Shown here: positions 11,418-22,487 of the stretch, in pieces
Position numbering within the stretch: the stretch's first letter is position 1
Layout: each line of letters starts with the position of its first letter
Assembly (NCBI GenBank): GCA_951406725.2
Contig: OX597832.1
Coordinates: 45,074,001 to 45,138,000 of the forward strand
Origin: Octopus vulgaris
Taxonomy: Eukaryota
DNA length: 64,000 bases
Direction: 5' to 3'
Position numbers and translations under genes: made by a program
Notes under the pieces: generated by a model
Told to the model about the DNA's origin: nothing
Databases searched by the model: none
The model's input: only the letters and a program-made list of their open reading frames with translations

Positions 11418-11645
11418 GGTGGCGAACTAGTAGAATCATTAGCACACTGGGCTAAATGCTTAGTGGTATTTCGTCTGCCGTTACATTCTGAGTTCGAATT
11501 CCGCCGAGGTAGACTTTGCCTTTCATCCTTTCGGGGTCGATTAATTAAGTACCAGTTACACACTGGGGTCAATGTAATCGACTTAATCCCTTTGTCTGTC
11601 CTTATTTGTCCCCTCTATGTTTAGCCGCTTGTGGGCAATAAATAA
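11418..11645 (+). mobile_element. SINE family C (tRNA head, GACTTTGCCTTTCATCCTTTCGGGGTCGA..AAGTACC core)
   Basis: B-box-like GAGTTCGAATTCC. The core resembles the conserved central domain seen in LF-SINE/MetaSINE-type elements (from memory). Confidence 0.7.
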
Positions 11646-12049
11646 GGATACCCTAATTACATCATTTCATTCTGTCATTGTATTTCTGACCCAGGTTCTG
11701 ATTGCCGAGTGAATGTCGGTGCCACGTTCATGCCGGTTCCAAGTTAAAAGCACCCAGCACACACTGTAAAGTAGTTGGCATTAGAAGGTGCATCTAGTCG
11801 TAGAAACCAATCCAAATCGGACTGGAGCCTGGTACAGATCTCCAGCTTGTCAGCACTGGTCAAACTGTCCAACGCATACCAGCATGGAAAACAGACGTTA
11901 AAGGATGACGATAAATGATGAGATGCAGGCAGGTAAATCCAAGGTGTGCCAGCAACTTGGTCATCAGTCACCTGAGACCATTATGTACTGGAGGGTTTCA
12001 TGTTATGTGCTTTTTGAAAAAAGGTAAAAAAAAAAAAAATGAACATGAT

Positions 12050-12239
12050 AGGCGCAGGAGTGGCTGAGTGGTAAGTAGCTTGCTAACCAACCACATGGTT
12101 CTGAGTTCAGTCCCACTGCATGGCACCTTGGGCAAGTGTCTTCTACTATAGCCTCGGGCCAACCAATGCCTTGTGAGTGGATTTGGTAGATGGAAACTGA
12201 AAGAAGCCTGTCGTATATATGTGTGTATATGTATGTATG

Positions 12240-12286
<47 letters not shown>

Positions 12287-13105
12287 ATGTTTGTGTGTCT
12301 GTGTTTGTCCCCCTAGCATTGCTTGACAACCAATGCTGGTGTGTTTACGTCCCCGTCACTTAGCGGTTCAGCAAAAGAGACCGATAGAATAAGTACTGGG
12401 CTTACAAAGAATAAGTCCCGGGGTCGATTTGCTCGACTAAAGGCGGTGCTCCAGCATGGCCGCAGCAGTCAAATGACTGAAACAAGTAAAAGAGAATAAA
12501 AGAGAAAAATGATAATAAAATAAATACTTCAAATGCTTTAGTCTTATATTTAATAAATTGTAAAAGGCTAATTATTCTTACAAGTTTCACTCCTTGTGAA
12601 AATTTTAAAACAAGATATTTGTAAGGGGACCCAGATTCAGCTTGTTCTGGGTGAGGCAGCAGAGATCAAAGCCTTGTGAGTGGATTTGGTAGATGGAAAC
12701 TGAAAGAAGCCCATCGTATATATGTGTGTATGTATGTATATATATATATATAACGGGAAGGTTTACGAAATAAACAAAAGACGAAGGCAGGTGGAGTACA
12801 AACAAATGTATTAGTATATATATATACATATATATATATTTATATCTATATATATATGTGTGTGTGTGTATGTGTGTGTGTGTGTGTGTGTATGTATCTG
12901 TGTTTGTCCCCCCCCCCCCAACATAGCTTGACAACCAATGCTGGTGTGTTTACGTCACTGTAACTTAGCGGTTCGGCAAAAGAGAACCGATAGAATAAGT
13001 ACTAGGCTTACAAAGAATAAAATCCTGGGTGTCGATTTGCTCGACTAAAAAGGCGGTGCTCCAGCATGGCCGCAGCAGTCAAAATGACTGAAACAAGTAA
13101 AAAGA
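12050..13105 (+). mobile_element. Two SINE A copies (12050-12495 and 12668-13105)
   Basis: Match the type copy. The second carries a ~65-bp insert (12752-12815) of the 57449-57643 family. Confidence 0.8.
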
Positions 13106-13392
13106 AAAAAGGAAAAGAGAAAGAGGGTCTCAGGTATCACTTCACTGACGTTCGCTGTAACTGGTGCGGAAAGCAACACCAATCTAATTTGCACTATAAA
13201 CATATTGCAGACATGAGCAAACAATGGAGACAGGAGGTCATTCAACCTGCTTGAAAAATAGCAGCCAAAATCTCAAAATCAAATCTAATCATTTTAAATC
13301 GAGAAAGGTCACGTTGAATAATGCAGACTTACATGTAGACGCAGTGATTACAGCTGGAATCTTTTTGATATATATATATATAGGTCTGATGT

Positions 13393-13985
13393 TCTTTTAC
13401 TCTTTTACTTGTTTCAGTCTTATGATTGCTGCGGCCATGCTGGAGCACCGCCTTTTTAGTCGACTAAATCGACCCCCAGGACTTATTCTTTGGAAGCCTA
13501 GTACTTATTCTATCGGTCTCTTTTTTGCCGAACCGCTAAGTTACGGGGACGTAAACACACCAGCATCGGTTGTCAAGAGATGTTGGGGGTGGGGGGGAGA
13601 CAAACACAGACCACACAAACACACTATCTATCTGTCCGCTCAGTTGAAGTCGACTCTCGGTCACTCGATGGATCAGTGTCCTCCAGCCAGTTCTATCCTG
13701 GGCCGCTTCTTTCAGATTGGCTATGTCCATTCCGGTATCACTCTTGATGGTGTCAAGCCAGCGGGTTCTTGGTCGGCCTCTTCCCCTCTTGCCACTGACC
13801 ATTCCGTATACATATATACGACGGGCTTCTTTTCAGTTTCTGTATACCAAAATCCACTCACAAGGCTTTGGTAAGCCCGAGGCTATAGCAGAAGACACTT
13901 GCCCAAGGTGTCACGCTGTGGGATTGAACCCGGAACCATGTGGTTGGTAAGCAAGCTACTTACCACACAGCCACTCCTGCGCCTA
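13393..13985 (-). mobile_element. SINE A interrupted by an RTE fragment
   Basis: Both halves are present around 13625-13806. Confidence 0.8.
13625..13806 (-). mobile_element. RTE (BovB-like) LINE 3' fragment
   Basis: GKRGRGRPRTRWLDTIKSDTG...AAQDRTGWRTLIHRVTESRLQL with a (GATA) tail. Confidence 0.85.
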
Positions 13986-14467
13986 TAACTGAGTATAAGC
14001 CTCATCATTTTCACACCCACTTTTCAATATTTGCATGGATGAAATGGAATTTGAAGCAGATTTCCAACAGCTAGATGTTCTTCCTATCTTCAACCCTCAA
14101 CTGTTTCCAAGCAAAATGATATTTACCCCTGGCCAGACATGTTTTTCCACGGAAGGCTGGAACCAAATAACATCACTTGTATGACAGGGATGCTTCTTTA
14201 CAATCACCACCTATCAGGAGAAGGGTACTTGCAAACACACACACACATTTTTCAGTTTCCATCTACCAAATTCATTCACAAGGCTCTGGTCAGCCCAGGG
14301 CTATAATAGAAAAACACTTGGCCAAGTTGCTGCACAGTAAGACTGAACCCAAGACCACATGGTTGGGAATCAAGCTGCCCAACCACACAGCCATGCCTGC
14401 ATCACCTCAGCAATACTATTCCTTTGTTAAATTATGATTTTGATGGGCAACATGGAGTATCTTCAAC

Positions 14468-15250
14468 TTGTGCCGGTGGCACGTAAAGTGCACCATCCGT
14501 TCATGTCCGTTTGCCAGACTCGCCTGGCACCCGTGCCGGTGGCACATAAAAAGCACCATCCGATCGTGGCCGTTTGCCAGACTCGTCTGGCACCTGTGCC
14601 GGTGGCACGTAAAAAGTACCCACTACACTCATGGAGTGGTTGGCGTTAGGAAGGGCATCCAACCGTAGAAACATTGCCAGATCAAACTGGGCCTTGTGCA
14701 GCCTTCTGGCTTCACAGACCCCAGTTGAACTGTCCAACCCATGCCAGCATGGAAAGCGGACGTTAAACGATGATGATGATGATGATGATGTTCCAATTAT
14801 TAAGCTGGGGCCAGGTTTTAGTCAAGTGAATCGACCTCGCCAAACCCCTGTCAAAGGAAAACTGCAAACCTGGTTTTGATTCCTTTTCAGAATTATTTCC
14901 ATTCATTCAAGATGCCAGTACTCTTAGGCACAGCGTTAATTACACATCATTCTTACCATTTCCCTACAAATGTCATAAATTTGATGTCATCATCATCATC
15001 ATTTAGCGTCCGCTTTCCATGCTTTCTGGTTCAACTGGGGTCTGGGAAGCCAGAAGGCTGCACCAGGCTCCAGTCTGATCTGGCAATGTTTCTGCGGCTG
15101 GATGCCCTTCCTAACGCCAACCACTCCGTGAGTGTAGTGGGTGCTTTTTACGTGCCACCGGCACAGGTGCCAGACAGGGCTGGCAAACGGCCACAGTCAG
15201 ATGGGGCTTTTTACGTGCCACCGGCACGGGGGCCAGGCGAGGCTGGCATA
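14468..15250. mobile_element. Two family B RTE 3' ends, tail to tail (14468-14790 +, 14985-15250 -)
   Basis: Same family in opposite orientation, about 200 bp apart. Confidence 0.75.
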
Positions 15251-16317
15251 AGAAATCATTCACAGTTTGGTGTTTTCCATATCCAGGCGGTGCGTTGCCT
15301 AAATCAGTAGAGCATTGTAAAAAAATACTTTGCAGTATTCTGATAAGTTCCCTATGTACCCAGTTCAATCCACACCAAAGCCGATATCACTTTTCTTCTG
15401 AAGTTGGGAAAATAAGGGTAGTGTTTCGGATTAAACATCCTATTCCTCAAGGGGAACTATTTTTTTCTTTGTCCATTTTTAAAACATTTTGTTTTTGTGG
15501 TGTTCCTTTGTTTCAAACAATGGGATTACGATTATGGCCCCCACCTTGCCCCTATTTAAAAAATTTTTTTTACCTTCACGTTTTGTTCTCTCCGCCTGAG
15601 GGGCTTGATTCGAAATGCCACCAAAATAAGTACCCGATGAAATACCAAGTTCGACACATAATCTAATAAATAATTTTGAAAAGCCAAAAATCAAAAGTAG
15701 TGTTCCAGCTAAGCCGCAAGTCCAGTGATTGAAACCAGTGAAAGAATATAAATCAGGATAGCTGTTTGAGAGAGGGGTCACCTAGGGAGTCCAAAGAATA
15801 ACAGTCGACTGATTCAACCAGAAAAAAAAATTATACTTTATAAGAATGAGTATCTTTTCTCCTATTCTTTACTACCTATTACACATGAATACACACAGAT
15901 TTATACATACATCTTTCTCTCTCTCTACATAAATACACACACACACACACATAATATATATGCAATTAAAATCTCGACAAATAAGAAAGATAAAGCAATG
16001 AAAAAAAATAGACAAAACTACTACATAAAAAGACGACATTAACAGGCAAATATATACAGATTTTTGCATGTTAATGAGAAAGAACACGAGGTGAGAAAAG
16101 TGAAAGAAGATCAGATGATTTAAACACGACGTGGGTAGAGGGTACATCCTGCAGACTTCAAAGCAGCACTAAATGCAACACACTAGTTTTAATTGCATAC
16201 TTGTTATCTGGAGGGAAAGAGTGTGTCTGCAATGTAGATAACGCAAATAATCTACATAGTTATTACATACATAAAGGCGTCACACGAAAATGCATACGAA
16301 AACCAACCTTCGCATAT

Positions 16318-16457
16318 AGATAGATGGATAGATAGATGGACAGAGAGATAGATAGACAGATAGATAGATAGACAGAGAGATAGATAGACAGATAGATAGA
16401 CAGAGAGATAGATAGACAGATAGATAGACAGATAGATAGATAGATAGATAGACATAG

Positions 16458-16533
<76 letters not shown>
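16318..16533. repeat. (GATA/GACA)n microsatellite
   Basis: Read directly. Confidence 0.95.
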
Positions 16534-16534
<1 letters not shown>

Positions 16535-17489
16535 TCATATACGAGTAGATTCTTTGTGTAACTTGTGCTAAATAATGTGATATCTCTCGCAGTCTCTTAG
16601 AAATATTGATGACATGGATGATGTTTGGATGCGAAATCGCAATGCTAATTACCTCCTTAACAAAATGGATTTATTTGGTTCGCATCTAATAATAAATACA
16701 CACATGATCAGACATAACAGTTTCTGAAAAAACAAGTAAACACGATATTTTTTTTCCTTTAATATATATCAGCGCGCGCAAAAGTGTGTGTGTGTATGAA
16801 TGTGTGTGTAAGTGTGTGCAAGTGCGTGTGTAATCAGGTTGCTATCTGAAACCTCATCTCATTCATTCATTCAACATCTTTCTCTAATGGTTGGTCAGTC
16901 ACACATCACCAGAGCCTGCTTTCTTCTCTCTTTGTCTTCAATTTCGAATCTCGTTCCCACAGCTGCTCTGATGATAAGTTGTTTTTTTTTTATCTTAAAT
17001 AAGTATGAGTCCATCCGTTATTGTGTGTGTGTGTGTGGAAAATATCAGAATGGTTGAAGGGATTGTATCAACATATTTCTTTTTTTCGACAATGTCACAT
17101 TAGTCACTGAATACATCCAAAATTAGTGGATTCGTCTCAGCAGAAGCTTAACCCTGTATAAATCTAACAGAATCAATCCTATCGTTCGTTTATGCTCCGA
17201 GATCAAACTGTACACCTGTCAATTTGTGGCTTTGTGTAATAAAAATCATTGTTATTCCAAACTTACATTATTAACCTGCGCACAAAGCATGCAAGAAATC
17301 GAAGGTTTCGTTTTAATACCAGTTCTTGCTATGCTGCAAATACTCGTAAAAAAAACACCATATTTACTTAACTATATATACATGCTTGTGTGTGAGGTGG
17401 GAAAGCAGTGCCGTTATAGTATACTGGGAGACTGCCTCGGGGCCCCACGAGCAAGGAACCCAACGCTAATCTATCTATATAAATATATA

Positions 17490-17702
17490 TACTAAGTAAT
17501 TAAGGGTTCAGCAACGATTTGCCTCACCTTGACTGCTACTTCTAAATTCGGTGTGTGGTGAGGCAAATCGTTGCTGAAACCCTTAATTACTTAGTATTAC
17601 TTAAACCTTCCTTGAAGGGGTCTTTTACATGCCGAACTCTACTTGGTGAAATTAATGATTATTTCTAAATTAATTAATTTCACCCTTTATTATTATTATC
17701 GA

Positions 17703-17705
<3 letters not shown>
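17490..17705. mobile_element. Fold-back element in (TA)n with a hammerhead-like scaffold but a defective core
   Basis: Inverted repeat 17490-17528 / 17556-17596. TGA-GGCAAATCGTTGCT-GAAA-CCCTT...AAGGGG-TC. Confidence 0.5.
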
Positions 17706-17747
<42 letters not shown>

Positions 17748-17750
<3 letters not shown>

Positions 17751-17941
17751 GGTCCCGGGTTGAGTCGGGGTTAACCACAGTAAATAAGGTACTCAATACA
17801 TAGCAGAGTAAATTAATTTATTTTATAGAAGGAGCTTCTACAGGACTAGAACTGTTTCATTCAAAAGAAATCATCAGGAGCTTCCTGATGATTTCTTTTG
17901 AATGAAACAGTTCTAGTCCTGTAGAAGCTCCTATAAAATAA

Positions 17942-17947
<6 letters not shown>
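17748..17947. mobile_element. Fold-back Penelope-like terminus in (TA)n
   Basis: Near-perfect palindrome centred at about 17880, flanked on both sides by (TA)n. Confidence 0.75.
17877..17931 (+). ncRNA. Type I hammerhead ribozyme motif (intact core)
   Basis: GGAGCTTC-CTGATGA-TTTCTTTTGAAT-GAAA-CAG-TTCTAGTC-CTG-TA-GAAGCTCC, with an 8-bp stem I and a GUA site. A mirror copy lies on the minus strand at 17831-17884. Confidence 0.8.
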
Positions 17948-17992
<45 letters not shown>

Positions 17993-20884
17993 GGATAGCT
18001 GTTGGTAAATAAATGCCACAGGCTCCAGAGCATTGCTTGGTCTGGACAGCAGGGGTTGCTTTAATGCTGTTATGACGGCCCTGTGTAGAGGGAAGCTTCA
18101 GTCGCCTGTCAATCTGGTTCAAGATACAGCAAGCAGACATTCAATACTCAGTCATACATCTGTGTTAATGGTCGCACTACACTTAACTATCATGTTTATA
18201 TCTCTGGCTTCCTGAAATGTTTGTCAATATTTCTAGTCGCTTCACGTGATTTTTTTCAAATACGAAATACACATATTTAGCAGATGCGAGTATTAATTTA
18301 ATTAAAATTCCGTTTCTTTTTCACATATATACATTATATTAAGTTACATCCTTGGCCTCTATTACCCAAGAATGCTATCTTCACTCTAGTCTACAAATTA
18401 CAGGACATTTTATTTCATTCAGCTTATATATGCTTAATAAAAATAAACAAGATAAATTCGATAATATATCATTAAGTGAAATATCCCCCGATGGAATAAA
18501 GATTTTTCTCTTTTTTTTTTCGTTTTTGCGCTCATAGCAAATTGTACAGCAGTCGCGGTTCATGCTAAGACTTCCAAAACATGAGCTGCCTTCCTTCCTT
18601 TGCCTGCAACACATCCCAAACAGGTGTCTTTTACTGAAGAATTTTAAAAAACCCAACCCCTTTCATTTCATTTATTTGTTTGTGTTTTCTGTAAAATGGA
18701 ACACTGTATATTTAAATCGTATCAAAATTCAAAATTCTTGGAGAGAAAAAAAAAACAAGTGCGTGTGTGTGTGTTTAATATAAAAAGATGTTTAATTAAT
18801 TATATAGAGGGGTTTATTTACAATTAGTCAACTTCCCTCCCCATTCTCGGCTTCGGGTTCTGGCGGGCTCATTAAAATAAAACTGTATTCTGTATATATA
18901 CTAAGAGTCGATTCAGTTGACTAAATTTATTTACAAAAAAAATGGTCTCGTGTGTTTAGTCATAATAAATTATTCATCTCTTATACGGACATAATAAGAA
19001 AGTCCCATTTATTACCTTTCTTCAAAGCATTAGCAAGGAATTGAAACGGAATTGCTATAATTGGAAACCGAAACCGGTTCATAAATTTAGTTATTTACGC
19101 TAGACTCTTAACCCAAACTCTACAGCACTTGTTATTAATTTCACCCGAAAACAGAATACCAATTAGTGTGTGATGATTATGGAAGGAGCGGGGTTTCATG
19201 GAACAAACCCCAATATAAGTTTATTGATGCATTATCGATAGAATTAAGAAAAACCTCGGCTCGATAACAAACTGAATATATTAAACCGTTTAATATAATA
19301 CTTAGTTTCTTTAAGAAATTATTATTATTATTATAATTATTATAATTACCAGTCAAGTACTGGTTGATCTAATCCAATACACCTTACTCCGTTCCAAATT
19401 TCAAGGTTTTGCTTTGTGCCTATGTTAAGAGCAATTATTATTATTATTTATTAAAAAGCTGATTAAAGCAAGATTAGATAAGACAGTGGGGGATATGACT
19501 GGATTAACTTGCTTTAAATATACACAGTTAGACTACTTTATATGGAAGAAGGCAGCGGATTAGTTTAACAACAATATTAACAGTTGTTTTGTAACAGAGA
19601 TTATATATATTATGTGCACGGGACCTCAGATATTTAGGTAGAATGGAATATTGCTATGTAATAGTAATGCTTTTCCGCTAATTGCAGTAGTACCCTTATT
19701 AAACCGATGGTTAGAATTGGGTATGGAAAAAACAGCCCCTTCTCCTCATTCAGTATGCCGGGAGCTTTAAATTTCCCTCCCCAGCTCCCCTTTAATCCAC
19801 TCGAAACGGTAAAACCTGTAGAGAGAGAAAAAACACTCAACAAGGAAATACAAAAACAAATGGTATTTACTACAACGAACACTTTTTACTATTACTACTG
19901 CTACTACTATTAATAATAATAATAATGGAAAAGGTATATTTGTTATTCCTTACCCTCCGGTTCCTTTGGTGGGCAAGACAGAACGTTGAACGGTTGCTCC
20001 GTGGACAAGTCAGACATTGGAAAAACCAGAATGTTAATTAAGGTTGAGAGGGGGGGCAAAAATCAAAGTGAAAATGCGAATAACATGACTCCAAGAGAAA
20101 GGAAAAACAATGCCATATGAATATGGATGGAACGGTCGTTTTGTTGCTTGTCTTTCTTTCTTTCTTTCTTCCTCTCGCTATTTCTTCTTTCTTTCTTTCT
20201 TTCCTTGTTCTCACTCACTCTCTCTGCAGATATAAATAAATATATGTCCTCTAAAACTCAGAGCTCTTTAATTTACCAATAATGTATATTGTATTGTATA
20301 TATATATATATAATATAAATTGCTCTTTCTTTCTTTCGTTGGGTGTGTGTATATATGTGTGTGTGTGAGAGTGAGTGAGTGAGCTGCACAGTTTTGGTTA
20401 GCGTCAACCAAACAGAAAAACGAGAGAAGAAGAGTCGGGGGGGTTGAAGAAGGAGGAGAAGAGGAAGAACCGACTGTGCCAGATACAACACTGAACACAG
20501 CAGCTACAACGACAACAACAACAACAATAATAATAGACAGAGAAACAGCAGCAGCCAGAGATCAGCCGCAACAGCAGTGACAACCACAATAAAACTACAG
20601 TAGCAGCTACGACAACAACACCATCATCATCATCATCATCATTATTATCATTATTATTATTATTATTATTATTATTAATATTATTAAATGGTGCTGGCAG
20701 CAGCAGCAGCAGCGGCCGCGGTAGCAGCAGCAACTGTAATAAAAAAACGATATCAAACAATAGCAAATATCGAAACCGCAGCAGCAGCAACACTATAAAG
20801 CAACAGCTACGGGGGGTTTTTTTGGGGGTGGGGGGCTTTTTTTTTTTTTTTTTTTAGGGCGGGTGGGCAGCTAGTAAGTGATAA

Positions 20885-21217
20885 GGCGATCTTTCGTCTC
20901 TAGTAGACCTTTCCGTCGATTTCCGTAAAAAAACTTCTTTTTTTTTTTTTTTTACATATGGGCTTGTTGCGGTCTCCCACACCCCCATCAAACACACACA
21001 CGCACACACACACACACACACACATGTACATCAATGCTTCCCATGCACGGTAACTTCAAAAGAACTTCCCTCGTCATACAATCGCTTTCTCTTTAGTCTC
21101 TTTCGCTCTCGTTACTTCAAAAGTTCCCGCAAGAAGCCCATATGTAAAAAAAAAAAAAAAAAAAAATTTTTTTTTACGGAAATCGACGGAAAGGTCTACT
21201 AGAGACGAAAGATTGCC
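20885..21217. repeat. ~90-bp inverted repeat of unique sequence with a ~155-bp spacer
   Basis: 20885-20972 is the reverse complement of 21127-21217. Confidence 0.85.
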
Positions 21218-21306
21218 AGTGATAAAACACAACAACAGCAACAATTTATATAGATAGGGCAAAAAAAAAAAAAGGAAAAAGAAAAAAAGAAATACACCAA
21301 CGACTA

Positions 21307-21400
21307 ATATAAATAAAATAATATAAATAAAATAATATAAATAAAATAATATAAATAAAATAATATAAATAAAATAATATAAATAAAATAATATAAATAT
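21307..21400. repeat. 14-bp minisatellite (ATATAAATAAAATA)n
   Basis: About 6.5 tandem units. Confidence 0.9.
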
Positions 21401-21625
21401 AAAAAAGACAAGCAACAAGAGAGGACTGAACTGTTACAAAAAGCAGTGCAGTCATTCCTGGAGTGTTATGTGCAATGCAAACACACAATTGCACACACCT
21501 GACTATCTAAATATCTGTCGGGTGCTTCTATCTATGTATGAATGTAACATCTGTCTGTATGTATGTGTGTGTATGTAGGTGTGTAGGTGTGTAGGTGTGT
21601 GCGCTCGCTGTTTCTATGTATATGT

Positions 21626-21699
<74 letters not shown>

Positions 21700-21716
21700 T
21701 ATATATATTATATATG

Positions 21717-21750
<34 letters not shown>

Positions 21751-21799
21751 ATATATATATTATATATGTATTATATATATATATTATATTATATATATA

Positions 21800-22190
21800 T
21801 CAGAATCGAAATCGATCAATGGAAATTGCAGATGTGTTACCAGTGCCGGTGGCATGTAAGAGAACTTTCCGTTTCGCGACCGTTGCCAGCACCGCCCCGT
21901 TTCGTGTCCGTTGCCAGCCTCGCCTGGCCCTCGTGCCGGTGGCACATAAAAAGCACCATCCGTTCGTGGCCGTTTGCCAGCTCTGTCTGGCACCAGTGCG
22001 GGTGGCACGTAAAAAGCACCCACTACACTCACGGAGTGGTTGGCGTTAGGAAGGGCATCCAGCCGTAGAAACACTGCCAGATTTGACTGGGCCTGATGAA
22101 GCCTTCTGGCTTCACAGACCCCAGCAGAACCGTCCAACCCATGCTAGCATGGAAAACGGACGCTAAATGATGATGATGATGATGATGATG
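21800..22190 (+). mobile_element. RTE 3' end, family B, young subfamily
   Basis: Nearly identical to 37738-38130 (-). Embedded in (TA)n. Confidence 0.8.
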
Positions 22191-22315
22191 TATTATATAT
22201 ATTATATATGTATTATATATATATATATTATATATATATATGTGTATATATATATTATATATGTATTATATATATATATATATTATATATATATGTATTA
22301 TATATATTATATATG

Positions 22316-22351
<36 letters not shown>

Positions 22352-22372
22352 ATATATATATTATATATGTAT

Positions 22373-22447
<75 letters not shown>

Positions 22448-22487
22448 ATTATATATATATATATATATATTATATATACATATATAT

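Noticed and set aside
18381-18656. 91-aa minus-strand ORF in unique sequence
   Set aside because: It has no recognisable domain, runs through a homopolymer and has a non-ATG start.
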